From Lama glama (Eukaryota): DNA of 64,000 nucleotides. Positions within the stretch are counted from its first letter, which is position 1. Every line of letters begins with the position of its first letter. Below are positions 24,506 through 38,155 of the stretch, one piece after another. Location: contig CM052818.1 in NCBI GenBank assembly GCA_028534125.1, positions 5,396,001 through 5,460,000 of the forward strand, read 5' to 3'. The position numbers and the translations under genes were made by a program. A model generated the notes under the pieces. That model saw only the letters and a program-made list of their open reading frames with translations. It was not told the origin of the DNA and searched no databases.

Positions 24506-26559
24506 ACGGTCCTCACCTCGATGCATAGGCTGCTTATTGATAACACAGCAGCAGTATTATCCATGAGGACCCCTTCTCTTTTCCATGCTTGGCATAAAGG
24601 ATATTTTTTGTGATATCTTCCTCCTCTTTAAGACTCAATTGGAGGCTCATTTTTGCCTCATTTTGTTCTATGCATGAAAAGAATTGAGAGCTGGAGAAGG
24701 ATATACGTCCCTGAAAGACGACTCCAGATCCTTGCTACTCTCAGAAGAGCTTGCAAGTATTCAACCCTCAAAGTTTATTACGAATCAACAAAGATGTGTC
24801 CTGGAAAGAGCCAGGCTGACTCTGTGGCTAGGTGGCTGTCTATGAGCAATGCTTCCACAGCTTAAAGGATCATAGGCTGTTTACGTCACGATTTATGTCC
24901 CTGCCCCCAGGATCTACAATGTCACCATTGCTTCTTTCTTTGGATCATGGCATTGAAGACCTGGGATAAAACAGGAACCCTGCCTGGGAACTGAGCTATG
25001 AGACTCCATCAGTGCTCACTCCTCAGAGGTCCACAGACAGGGGAACTTGGGTATGGGAGAGAACCAGGCTAAGGGTCCTGGGAAAACAAGGGTGGGGCTC
25101 TGCAGTGGGTAGGGGTCAGGGAGTCCTGCTTGAGAGCTATCGGGCCTTTACAGGCCTGTAAGTGCTGGGGGTCAGGTAAGGACAGGTAGAAAAAAAAGGA
25201 AAGAAAGGGTCTGGGAAGGAGAGAGAAGTTCATTGCAAAGACCGTCACCTTCGCTATTTTGCTGAGGGAGTAACCAGCTGCCTTGTTACGTAAAGAGCTG
25301 GTCAGGGTGAGACCATAACTCATGGAGTCTGTCTTCCCTTTCTGGAAGTTGCAATTGTGAACTCTGGCGATCTGGCAACATTAGGCAAGGATGCTGCCAA
25401 CGGGAGGAAAGATCTAGTCCAACCCTGCAGGGGCCATCATCTGCTCGGCTCTTACAGCAACCTCGCCTTGTATGGCATTGGAACCATAGCTTTCCTTCCA
25501 CCAGATGAAGTCCTCCGTTAATCCCCCGTCAGTTTCTAAAGCCACGCACTCCATAAATGACTGTCACAGCTGCTCCACAAAGTGTTTAGACGGCACTGGA
25601 GAAGGAACGCAATGCTTGTGACAGTATGGGACTCACTCACTCCCCTTTCTGAAAGCCTGGGGCTTGAAGTTCCGGGTCCGATCCCAGCGTCACACAGCAC
25701 ACCCCTCCCCTCCTGTTTGGATGATTTCGTCAATTAGCAATGGAACAAACGTGGTTTCTTTGATACCTCGACTCTCTGCCCTCCATAGAACAGTCTGAGG
25801 GGCCTGAAATTTCTCAGCCGACACTTGGAGTTAGACAAAGCACTTCACGTGCCTCTGGGAAGAGGGTGACATCTATTTGTTTATTTCCCCTTATTCATGA
25901 AGCAGCTTTCTTCTAAAGGCTGAGGTTAGGAGAGCGGTTCCAACGTGGCAGAGGTCACGCTGCGTTGAAGCTGAAGTTGTCGTTCACGATAAACATGAAC
26001 TGCTGTGACAACGGGAAGGGAAGAGGAAGAGTTGTCTCTCGGGGGCGGGGGTTGGGGGGTGGCTGAACGTGGGCGAAAGGGAAAGATGCATTTGATTGTG
26101 TTTACAAGATTCATTCACAGCACAGCAGGCAGTATTCACACCATCATATTCACCCTAACACAGATAATTTGATTTTCAACCTGGTTATCATGCATTCAGA
26201 CATAGCAATACATGAAAATATATGCTTTAGCGGTGCATTTTAAACAAGGTTGCACACTTTAAGTCGGAATATATTAGAGGTGAGTGTTGAAGTTAGTGAT
26301 TGTGGAAGTCCTGGAAATCTCCATTCAGCGCCTGGCATATGCTTTGAAATTACTCAAAAATATTTTTACATTGTGTTCCAGCTGCTGACTGTGTATTTCG
26401 ACATCTATATAATGCAGTCTGCAGTGAACATGATAAACTTGCTTGCCTCTTACATTTTTCACCATTTGAAGCGTCTTTAACTTTCTTTAGAATCCCAAAG
26501 TAAAATGGAAACGTAACCCCACCCACACACCTTGAACCGATAACCATTACTATGATAGC

Positions 26560-26725
26560 TAGGCAGGAGATGATGGATTATCCGGCCCAACCCCCTCATC
26601 CGCTGACGGAGGAAGCTGAGCCAAGAGGCTTCAGGGAAGTTTATCAAGGTCACACAATTAATTAGTGAAGAGTTGAGGTTAGATGCCATGCCTTCTGAAT
26701 TTGGGTCTTCTGCCTTCCTGCCATT
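26560..26725 (-). mobile_element. MIR fragment
   Basis: gaggaagctgagccaagagg...aaggtcacacaattaattagtgaagagttgagg. Confidence 0.6.
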
Positions 26726-27789
26726 GGAACGGAATTAAATAAAATATGGGAGATAGACTACCTTTATCATATAGTTAAAATCAAAGATTTTCTATCGCCA
26801 ATCGAGCACATAGGCATATCTACCAAGGCTCTGGCCATCGTGGCCCCTAGTCTGCAGGCCTGAGAGTCAGCCAACACTGGTGGAAGATTAATTCACTGCA
26901 AAGAGGGCTTCCCCATCGCCTTCTGCTGCTTATGATATTAGTCAATAAGGGATATTTCTTGGCAAGGAGGGGGCCAGAATGGATAGTGCTGGTCTTGGAA
27001 GACCTTGGTCTTCCAACACTACAGTGTGACCTCTGAGACTTGGTACGACTCCCAGAGAAACACCAATTGAAGTTTCAGCAAATTGACTTGTCTTTTCATC
27101 AGTGACAAATCTCTTTGTCAAGTATGGTGACTAAAGACTTTGATATGGGTCCTGGGTCAAACACTCGCACTTCACAAGCTGGAGATAATTGCTCCCCAGA
27201 GCTCATGAAGTAAGTGGGTACCTGGGACGCATCAGGGGACAGGCAACTCCAGGAGGAGGAGGACACCAGGGGAAGAGGGGAGACAGAGTGGGGAGGCCCT
27301 CGTCTCTCCCTGCTCAGCCCAGTGGGCAGCTGTAACTGTGCCCCTGCTTTTCCACACTTCGCCGAGCCCACGTGGACTTCACAGCACAAATCACCAAGTT
27401 ATTTTGCTCACAGAGTTCTGAGCAGTTTACAAGGAGACAGGACTGGAAATCGCCCAAGAGACTAGGATAGCGACTGAAGTCTGAGGACTGAGTTAAAAAG
27501 AGGTGTTGACCAAGCCTCCAACCCAGAGGCCTGACTGAGACCCGTGGGGAAATGACTTAGGCAGTCTGGGAAAGAGCTGCCTGAAATAGGAATTTTTTAA
27601 ATGCTGGAATTTTATAATTGTCTTGTCGTAAAATGTTTTAAAATGAGCGAGTTTCTAACCAGTCTAGGAAGTAAATGAATGTAATTCATAATTGTTTTCC
27701 AGCCCTGGACAACCAAGGGCCTCCAGAAGGCTGGGGTGCTGTCCGGTCTGCCCTGCCTCCAAGCACTTGCTGCCAACGTGGTCTTCGGG

Positions 27790-27930
27790 AAATTACCGAA
27801 CCTCTCTGTGCATCAGACTCTTCATTGATAAAACTGTCATATCTTCCTTACAGGGCTGTAAAGATTTAAATTAGTTTATTAGAATTGAGTACTTAGAACA
27901 GTGCCTGATACATAATAAGCACTCAGTAGA
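27790..27930 (+). mobile_element. MIR fragment
   Basis: aacctctctgtgcatcag...cttacagggctgtaaagatttaaatt...cttagaacagtgcctgatacataataagcactcag. Confidence 0.75.
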
Positions 27931-30143
27931 ATGCTGGGGTCCATTTATTGCTCCACTTTGATGCAGGTGTTAGGCCAGGAAAAAAGATGGCAATGATTCC
28001 TTTTTTACCACTAATTATTCATAAATGTCTCCACGAACCAGGCCCTGGTATTTCTTCTGGTACCACCACCATCCAAAATGACCTGACAGTCCCTCAAATT
28101 GCATCCTGCTTCAGAGAACATAGGGCATCTCGTAGTGGGACAGAGCGTGCTACTCGCCTTGAACCACACAGTTAACAACGCTGAACAATCATTTTTATCA
28201 GGATGAGAGTGGTGACAAGAAAATGAAAGGAGATGAAAGCAGCACAGATTCAACAGCAACCTGCCAAAAAAAAAAAAAAGGAAGATGCAAACGCCACACA
28301 TTCATCAAGGTGGAGGCAAAACCATCTCTCCTCTCTTCTGTTTTCTTGGGCTTTCTCCATAAACGGAGCTCTACCAAGACAAAGGAGAGAAGTGCTCTAC
28401 GCAAAATGATGATCTCCCTGGCTGCTTCCAACAGAATGCCTTCCTTTCTCTGGGAGCAGAATGCCGGCTTAGACAAGCCACCATCTGCTCCTCAGCCCCA
28501 GCGCTCCGGAGGCCAGCCTTGGGTGGGTCCAGACTTGGACTTGGGTTCGCTCTGTGCTCCTGCAGCCTCCCTCCCCAACCCAAGGTCTGCGCAAACCTCG
28601 GCGGGCCCCAGGTTGCAAGCCGGCGGCACCTCCCCATGACGTGGAAAGCATCATCTCTGTGGTGGTTTAAGTGTGTTGTTGACGCCCTCATCAAAGCCTG
28701 AGCTCCCGCCTTGCGCTCAGGAAAGCAGCTGGTGAATGCTGAGTTAGGCGGGCACTACGGACTGAGCAGCGGAGGCAGGCCCAGTGCTCAGCATATCCAT
28801 GTAGACAGGTGTTTGACTCTGCGTTTTCCAGGTGGCCAGAAGGAAGCTGATGGTTTGGTGAAAGAGGAAGCCATGCGGGAGAGGAACAGCTCCCCAGCAC
28901 TGGCAAGAGCACAGAGCCAGCCACTTGGCCGTCATCCATCTGTTCACCAGACGTGGTCTTCAAGCCAGAACTTTTCCTCTTGGGGTTCATACTGACTTTG
29001 AATTTTAATGGAGAGCCAGAGGATTCTGCTGTCAGTTTGTGCTCTTTTGTGGAGAGTGGTCTTTGGACCTGGGGAGTTAACTAGGTCACTGGGATAAGCG
29101 GCAGCTGGTGTCTGCATCGGGGCATCTCTTTCCCCCTCAGCCCAGGCTGCCAGGTGTGGCGTGAGCAGCTGAGGGAGCTGCGTGGAGTGTTCCTCTCCAG
29201 TGCCGCGTCTGCCTGCACGGAGCAGCGGGCGGCGCAGGGGATGCTTTCTGGGCACGGGGATGACAGGCACCGTCCACAGTGAGCCTCGCCAGGAAACCGT
29301 GAACACAGACCAACAAAGAAAACAGCTGCTCCTTGGAAGGCAGAAATCAAGAGGGGCATCCAAGCAGCTTGTTTTTGGCAGCAAGGAGAGTCACAAATGA
29401 GGTTTCAGTCCAATTAGGAGCCAACGGGACTTGCAACCCATGCCTGATGGGGGTTTCAGTGACATGGGCTCCATGCCTCCACAAGGTACAAAGCCATTTC
29501 CAAGGTGAACCTGAGAAACCCCAAAGACTTTCACTGGAAGACCTCAAGGGAATTAGGGCAACGATACGAGAGGCCTGGGAGGGGAAAAAAGGAGGAGAAA
29601 AAGCAAGTCTGAAAGTCCTCGAGGACCCCCTGTGACGGAAATTGGCACTCGGAAACTATCTTCAAGGCAGGGCAGTGGAACCATTATTCTCAGGGTCCCT
29701 CCAAGAGCTCACAGTAAATGGAGTTCGTTCGTCACAACATAAACGAGAGAAAGGGGTAGACCACCTGCCCCAGAGCTGGCACTGTGGGGCTCCTGCTCCT
29801 CCTCCTTGGGTCCTGTGACCCGGTGGACCCCGGGAAGGCTGCTGTCAGTTTTCCCACGGCACTCAGTTCTGGCAAAGGAGCAAGTCCAGTGGCAACCAAA
29901 CCCTTGACGTGATCCCATCAGCCCCACGATGACGGAGCTGACTGGTGGCGGGCCACAGGAGCGTAGGGGCCCATCGCCTCCTGCCTCTGACTGCACGAGT
30001 CACAGCACTCCCCCTCTGGGAAGCCCGAGGAAGACAATTTCTGGAATTTGGGGTGCAGAATCCCTCTGTACAAATAAGTGAGAGACATCTCAAGGATCAG
30101 GGATGGTGTCTTCTATTAACATTTGTTTATAATTTATATTCTA

Positions 30144-30724
30144 TTTTTTTAATTGAATTATAGTTCATTTACAGTGTTGTGTTAGTTTCTGGTGTACAGC
30201 AATAGTGATTCAGTTGTACATATATATTCTTTTTTATATTCTTTTTCATTATAGGCTACTGCAAGCTAGTGAATGTAGTTCCTTGCGCTATACTGTAGAA
30301 ACTTGTTGTTTATCCATTTTACATATAGTAGATTGTATCTGCTAATCCCAAATTCCTAATTTATCCTGCCCCTCACCTTTCCCCTTTGATAACCATAAGT
30401 TTGTTTTCTATGTCTCAAAGACATAGAAAACAATCTTTTTTTTTTAGATTTCACATATAAGTGATATCATATAGTCGTTATCTTCCGCTGTCTGACTTAC
30501 TTTACTTAATCTCTAGGTCCTTCCATGTTGCTGCAGACAACATTGTTTCATTCTTTTTTTATGGTCGAGTCCATACAAAAGACTACTAGCCCATTGTGTA
30601 TGTGTGTGTGTATGTATATATGTGTGTGTATATATATATATACACACATATACATACATACACACACACTGCATCTTCTTTATCCAATCATACATCAATG
30701 GACATTTAGGTTGTTTCCATGTCT
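30144..30724 (-). mobile_element. LINE-1 3' end with internal fold-back and TG/TA/CA microsatellite
   Basis: T-run followed by aattgaattatagttcatttacagtgttgtg...ggacatttaggttgtttccatgtct. Confidence 0.92.
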
Positions 30725-30804
30725 AAATTGCTTCAAAAGGATCAAAGAATAATACATTCATATGTACACATGCACACAGGTTAGTCTGGTTAAACAACCG
30801 TGGC

Positions 30805-30925
30805 AGTCAGCAGTGGCACTATGAAAACATGGGACCAGGTAACCCTTTGTTATGACAGCTGGGGGAGGGGAGGGGCGTGCTGTGCACTGTAGGGTGTCCC
30901 TGGCCTCTGCTCACTAGATGCCCTG
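30805..30925. mobile_element. MER20-like fragment
   Basis: ggcactatgaaaacatggg...gtgcactgtagggtgtccctggcctctgctcactagatgcc. Confidence 0.6.
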
Positions 30926-31129
30926 CCTTGAGAGTTACCAGATGAACATAAAAATGATACATAGATAGCTAATGTGTAGACGTATAATAATCAACAGTTA
31001 CAGTCAGAAACAAGGAGCCCGATGTTTTTTAAAAGTTGAGCATTAACGTTAGCCTACACAGGTTCGGAGAGAAGGAAGCCAGGGTGGGAGCCTGGCTGTC
31101 ACAGTCCTGGCGCTGCTGGCGTTTCCCGA

Positions 31130-31270
31130 GTGCTTCTGCCCGGGTGCAGTGTGGTTTCATGCACGAATTCATTTGGTCCTTATTACCATCCCTATTTTAC
31201 CAGTGAGAAAAATGAGGCCTCAGGGGGTAAACTAACTTTTTGAAGGATGAGCAGCTAAAAAAACCAAAAG
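31130..31270 (-). mobile_element. MIR fragment
   Basis: ccctattttaccagtgagaaaaatgaggcctcagggggtaaactaact. Confidence 0.6.
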
Positions 31271-31314
31271 GGCCAGAATATGACCAGTTTGGTTGCCCCG
31301 TAACTGCTTTACCT

Positions 31315-31555
31315 ACACTCTCCCACATGACAGCATGAGCCACATGTGGCCACTGAACACGTGGAGGGTGACTGGTCCTAAATGAGATGTGTGGTAAGCG
31401 TAAAAGATGCTCCCAAATTCCAAAGATCTGTTGAAATGATATTTTTGAATATGTTGGATTAAACAAAATATATTATTAAAACCAGTTGTATCTTCTTAAA
31501 AATGTTTTAATGTGGCCTATGTGGCTTGCATTAAATTTCTATTAAGCACTGATGT
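31315..31555. mobile_element. MER33/MER3-like hAT element
   Basis: agccacatgtggccactgaacac...aatgagatgtgtggtaag...gttgaaatgatatttttgaatatgttggattaaacaaaatatattattaaa. Confidence 0.75.
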
Positions 31556-33279
31556 GCTAAACAATACTATCCCCCCAAGTGTCAGTTTTAAGAAAGGCTG
31601 AAAAGGAAAGTCACGTGCTGTGGGCCAGGAGATAGGTACCTGCAGCAAGGGAGCCAGTATCGTCACCTTTCGTTATCAAATAAAAAATAAATATAAGTAA
31701 AATCAAAGAAACCTTTTTTAGAAATAAAGTTACTATAAAGTTGGTAAAGGGCCAAATATTTTAAAAAAAAGAGTTTCAAAGTATGTATTATCAAGTTCAT
31801 ATGTCAGCGTATGCTCTTCGTTGACATCAGATGCTAATTATATGATCCCACAATGTGTCCTGGGTGGAGCTGCTGCTGGGCCTCATTGTCTCCTTCTCCA
31901 ACATTCCACTCACCTCAACTTTATGCATTTCAGCTGGCCCAGGGCAAAGGGAAATTTCCAGTCAACTTACAGTTCCAGTTGCTGGCACTATTTTTTTAAT
32001 CTCACACAGATTTGTCATTCAGAATGAGTCTCTGGGTGCTTTCTTACTACCTGTCCAACCAACCCACGAGGTCCCGTGTGCCTCCCTCCCTTTGACTGGT
32101 GGTATCATCATCCATCGCAATCTCACCACTTTTCTGGGGCCAGGCCCTCAGAGGTAGGTAAGCTGGTAGACTGGGGGGCCTGAATCCGTTTCCCTGTGAT
32201 CATGGACCAGATCTGCAAAGTGTGGTTGATGATAGTACCAGCTTTGTAGAGTTGTTGTGAGGATTAACAAATTAACGCAGATGCAGCCCCTGGAATACTG
32301 CCTGGCACACGCTAGCTGCTTCGTACTGGATTTTCAGTGGTCTTTGGGTTTAAAGGGGGGGCCAAGTCATGTACGTGAGGATACACCCCTGTTCTCATCC
32401 ACCCGTGCACTGGGGCCTATTCTCTCTCCCCCACTGGGGAGATCAGCGTGACAGCAGAGAGCAGCCAGGGTGACCAAAGACAGAGCAGCAGCGCACCATC
32501 GATGGAAGAAAGTTGCTCCTACCACATTGTCATTAGAGTTTGATGAACAACTCTGATCATCACAGTTTAAAATTATGGGATTCGGGACCAAAGCTGAGGG
32601 ATTTGTTTCAAATCGGATAAATCCCCAGCAGAGGAAGTCTCTAAAGCAGGCGCCGGGAGAGCACACCCAGGAGGCACACGCAACGAGCTGCAAAGGGCTT
32701 TGTTGGAAAGGCCCAGGGGCCCCGCTCTGTTCCAGCGCGGGGCTGGGGTTTCAGGACAGAACAAAAGCTGGCGGCAGGCTGGAGACAGAGGAATGGTCAC
32801 CACCTCCCTCTCCGGTCAATAATGGGAGATGGATGATGGTACCCGCTGAATAACCTCACTTTGCAACTTTTATGCGAAGGTTTGACAAATGACACTAGCG
32901 AAAGGTACAAGGGAGTGATTAAAACCAGCCCTTGTGAAAGGCAGAGATAACTGTCCTGGGGCTCAAGTCTCCTTGAGTTCCCCCCATTCCCACCCCCAAT
33001 CCCTGACACTGCCTTGTGTTTTCCAGAATTTTTCTCATCTAATCACATCCTTCTCTCCTCCCTCTATCCTCCCCATACAACAGACTTGTCTTTGGGACTA
33101 TTTTATCCAGTAGACTCTATGTCGCTGGACTCAGAATAAAAGCTTGCCTGTCTGCCTGCCTGCCTGCCTGCCTTCAATGCACTAAAAGTCTCTTCAATTT
33201 GCTGTCGAGGCAGGAATTTTTCAGCATGTGTTTAGCAGTAACAACTTGCCCAAAATCCTTACAAAGAACTTTTCCTATG

Positions 33280-33375
33280 AGGAAAATCACCTGGAACTCC
33301 TATTAAAAACAGATTCTCAGGCCTCAAAGGAGAATTACTGAATCTGAATTTCCCTGGGAGATGGGGCTCTCTAGA
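33280..33375. mobile_element. MER5-like fragment
   Basis: aatcacctggaactcctattaaaaacagattctcaggcctc...tactgaatctgaatt. Confidence 0.6.
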
Positions 33376-36300
33376 GAGACCACGTGAATCTTACCATCAG
33401 AGAAGCCCAGAGAAACTGCTGAACTTCCTCTTACCACTTTCCTTGCAGGGAGTCGCTGCCTGGGTGGAGAAAGACAGTTCCAGTGCTCTGATCTTAAAGC
33501 TCTGCCCTCTACTTGGCTGAAAGCTTCCACCAAACTTTGATTCAAGCGGTGACCCACAAAAGGGACAAAACCCATCAAAGGCAAAAATCTCAGGGACCCA
33601 GTCTCTCAGAAGTGCTGATGGCTCAGGGGAACCGGACTGACCCAGATCAGAGCCACTACAGCCAAGGAGGGCTGTGCCTCCAAAGAGTCCAGGATGTAGC
33701 GAGTGTGTTCGAAGGCACTGACGATGACAAGAAAACGAATTATGTTCAGGAACAGCAAGCCTCAGCGTGGTCTTAATCTCAGAGGATTTGGGAGACGTCA
33801 CCCTACCTTTCTGGTAAAGATGAGTCCAGTTCCTTCCACCAGTCACTGGCAGGAAAACAATTCACCAAAGTCTTGTTTTTTAAGCATGTCCTGATCAGTT
33901 TCCTGGAGCGAGAAAAACATGGAAAAGAGTTTGACATAAACACCTTGAGAAAATGTGCTTAGGAGTCCAGACCTAAAATAACAAATGCTTTGACTCTCAA
34001 TAGCTGTATAGCTTGTGGGCAATCAAGCCCCACCCCCCCACCTTTACCCTGGGTAGAAGGAGGTATGGGCTACCCTGAAAAATCTTCTCTTTGTCCAGGC
34101 AGTGGGTCTGTAAAAACCATCACTGACCTGATGGAGGCATCTCGCTGGGCACCACGTTTATTATTCCCTGCACCAACTTGGCAGACGATGCTAAGATAAG
34201 CCAGAGCTGGGTGTAGCATGCAGTTTGTTGATACTGGCCCTTGGAAAGGAATCACCAAGTGACTCCTACAACCTCTGTCTTCCTTGCCCCCACCATTTCC
34301 ATGTGTTTCACATCTGCTGTATTAAACATATATAATTATTATTATGTGTCAGTACACGCTTAATAAACCCATGTGGGGAGAGGCAGGAGGGACAAGTGAG
34401 CGCACTTCCAGGGTAGCCTGTGGGACAGGATGGGACAGTTAAGGCATTAAGAAGAAGGATCCAGGTATACAGGATTCTCCGGAGGCCCTCACGACTGCTG
34501 CAATCAGCAACGTGTGTGCAAGATAGCATGGAGAACCATAGAAAGGCAAGATTTCAGAACCTCACAGGACAGAACAAACACATTTAAAATGACATCTGTC
34601 ACTAATACAAACGTTTATGGCACTGTTATGGGAGGGGAGATAATATTAGGTGTCGGATGACCTAGAAGACGGAACAAGAGGGATATGGGGGCCCTGACCC
34701 TACTCTTTGCACAAAGAGACAGCCATGACCTACACCAGACTCAGGGTCACAAATGATCACCCCAAGAAATACAAAGAAGGAAAGCTCCAAGGTAGAAGAA
34801 TGAGCTTGGTGTTACCTGTCTAGTTTATGACCTTTTCCCTTTGCTTTTCTTCCTCTTTTTTTTAACTGTCCTTCAACAAGGGGGCTGAAAAGCAATTTTC
34901 ATGCTATGGCTCTAAATATCAGTTTATTCCTCTGATGGGGTTCCGAGCATGCCCAGTAGGGATGATTTAACACTGCGCTGACGACTTGCAACAGAAGAAC
35001 GTCATGTGGAAAGGTAGTCTGCCACAGCTAATGGGCTCTCGTTTCAAAGGGATGCTGTGTGTACATTACCAGTGTATGGAGAAGGTGCAGAAAGGCCCAG
35101 GCAGCCATTAGGAATGGAGTGTTGTTGATGATGAAAAGGCACTTTGCCGGTGAGGGAATGGTGGGAGAGAGAAGGCTTATCTGTCTTTTTGATTAGAAAT
35201 GCATGCTTCCTTTCATCATCTGAGCTGAAAAATTGGCTTCTGCTCTTGGTTTATGAAACCATTTTTCTTTTTCCTTTCTTCCCAGGTTTGCAAACTGCTT
35301 AATAAATTAGTTACTGTGAGGTACATGGGTGCCACAATAACCTTAGAGGCTTTTCCCAAATGCATCCTTAATATTTTATAAGTATTTAAATAGATTTATT
35401 CAATTTGAGCCGGCTGATTTATTAAAGCTGGCATTCTGGCATGAAAAGGGGGTTCTATGCAGATTGAAGCTGATCAAAACAAATTTAAGAAGTGCTCCCA
35501 ATCCATAGGAAGTTTTTTTAGGAATGAGAGTTAAACTTTTGGATACAACTGGTTGTACAAAGTGAAGAAACATCCAAAGCACAGAAGCTTGACGTGGGAG
35601 CACCAGGCCTGTGGTCACATAGGATGTTCTGAACAGTTCATGTATTTATTCGTTCACTCATTCAATCTACCTCACCGGGAGGGCTGGGAACTGTGCTAGG
35701 CACTGCTGTTTTTCTGTCCTTCTGTTCTACCCAGCTTTAAAAGATTATAGGACAAAACTTAAGGGTCTATATAGCTCTCAGCCCAAGGAAGACCATGAAC
35801 GTCAGATCATCTTATATAAGTCACCATTCTGAATTGCAAATAAAAGTGACTCCTCTGTTTGACAGAAAGGACAGAGATTTTTGGCCCCAAAGGGAGGTTC
35901 TTATCTCCAGCAAAAGTGACAGAGTCTGCTAGGCGTTCCTACCAGATGACTGCCATGTCAGCAGGTCTGGGACCGCCAACATCACCCTCCCCCGAGTCAT
36001 GCCTTGGGCATCCATTATACCTGATGCTTCCAAATACCACCCCGAACCTCTGATCAGAAAATCAGATTCCAGACTCCAGCAGTATCAGACACTCAAACAG
36101 AATCCTCCCTGTGTGTCCAAGTAATCTGTGCAAGTCTAAATTCTCTTCTACTGGATAAAAAAAAAAAAAGCAGACTTAGAGATTTATATCAGGTCAAGAA
36201 AGCATCGGAGAAACACAGTCAGAATTAAAGAGAACATAAATCATCTTTTCAAAGTATGTTTTTTCTTATTTACCAGATTTCTAGATGCATCATATTTGTC

Positions 36301-37959
36301 AAGTATTAAATCTAAATAGTCAGACATCCAGTCCTAAAGGAGATGAAATATATTTGGAAGCACACAATGACCAATTTCAAGCAGCATAATAGATAATGCC
36401 CCAGTGAAACTTCAGAGAGTATATGAACAATTAAGGTAATTATCCATACCAAAAACTATTTTACAGAAATGTGCTACAAAGAAAAAAAATTATGTTAGGG
36501 TCTAAATGATCAGAAAGAAAGCAGCAGCCACGTGGGCAATCTTTCCAAGGCCTTACCTCTTCTTTCCTCCACTACTATCTATTTGACTAAGAGAGCTGAA
36601 AATCATGCCATTTGTGTTAGAATCAAATGCAAATAGAATAATTGTCCCTTCTCTAATCAAAACACATTTGTGGACTGAAATACCACATGGGGCAATTTTC
36701 AGTTAATCATGGATGTTAATAGATATGACTCTAAGCTCATAAACAAACATTACTTTGGCTAATATAATATAGGAAATTACTGTTAAGCTTGATCAGACAT
36801 GTAGCAAAAACTGAACTTCGCAGAAAGTCAGCAAATGAGCCGTCTGAAATAGAGATGCGCTTCAACAGTAATGAAAGATTAGATGTAGCTAAAATGCTTA
36901 GACAAATCATGCATTAGCCCTCGGAAATATTTAAAGCTGGCTTTGCTGAAAATGGCAAATATTAAGCATTATCAGAGTATTAGCTTCTTTAAAGAGCAAA
37001 ACCCAGATGCTTAGTGATTGGAGATTTAAAAACTAGAAAATCAGGTTTACCAAAGTCAGTTACCCAGAGCCTGAATCATATCAAAGCCTCTAACAGCAAA
37101 TAGTGTTTTCAAATGAAATGGAAATATTTAATACACATTCTATTTCCATCACTGAGCTTATAAACCAATTTGAGATTCCTTCCTTTAACCGTCCCTAAAT
37201 GTAAAATATGTATTTATTTTGGTGACAAAATACCTAAATGTCTATAAAAGTCTTCCAATCATCTGGAAGACCAGGGCTGGATTCAGATCTGCAGGGGCAC
37301 TAGTACAGGAAAAGCTCACGGCACTAACTCCACTTCCTGCCATGCATTTCAAATAAAACACTAAGCTTAAACCCCAGACCTCTTAGGTATGCTAAACCCA
37401 AAACATCTTCTTTCTAGGTTTACTCATTTCCAAATTCTAATATGTTCCTCAAAGCTGAGCTTTTCTTGTTTGAGGGGTCGGGACGCCTCCCCGTGCTTTC
37501 AGGGTCCCCTGCACGAAGTCTGCCTAAGAGCGACTGCCTTGAAGTGGAAGTAGTGTGAGCCAGCATTGACACGTAGGCTCTCTGCTACAATCTTCTTTCT
37601 ATCTCTAGGTCCATGTGCAGATTAATCTCTACATATCTATGCAGCGAAGTGAAGTACAAGATCATACTCTAAGCATCTACGAAATGCAAGCTCTCGTCCA
37701 AAAACTTGCAGTAACAAAGGCCAAAATCAGCACTTCCTTTGGATTATTTAGGTAACTATCAGTCTTCCCCACTTTCACTGAAAATGTGGACCTATATGGA
37801 GAAAAGGAGAAGAATCCTGAGTAACAAATGAGTTCTCACTAAGGGGGCCATTTTCAATATGTGTGCAATCATTTTGTGATCTACCTTCCACTTTTTAGAA
37901 ACTCCAGTATCGTCAAGTCTGGCCATCTATAATATGGCTGGTAAGAGTAATAACTGTAT

Positions 37960-38155
37960 CTATTTACCACTCTGTACACATCAGGTTTTGTATTGCTGTT
38001 GCTTTAACTTACTCAACACAACAACCCTGTAAGTCAGGAACTGTTTTTCAATATGCATGTCTAAGATAAGAAAACAGAAGTTTAGGGAGGAAAAGAAATT
38101 TAACCTGGTTAATGGTGGAGCTGGGACTCGAACCTAGCCTAGGCAGACTTCAGAA
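37960..38155 (-). mobile_element. MIR SINE
   Basis: caacaaccctgtaagtcagg...gataagaaaacagaagtttag...ggagctgggactcgaacctag. Confidence 0.65.

Noticed and set aside
26995..27016. 10-bp perfect hairpin ttggaagacc-tt-ggtcttccaa
   Set aside because: About one such stem is expected by chance in 64 kb; no supporting context.
28223..29384. 138-aa and 146-aa ORFs (also 33397-33846, 1875-2264, 19873-20286)
   Set aside because: No recognisable domains; overlapping ORFs on both strands are expected in GC-richer DNA; no consistent exon structure.
36259..36441. Exon-like segment with AG acceptor and GT donor on the plus strand
   Set aside because: Stops in all three frames, and such splice-like motifs are common by chance.
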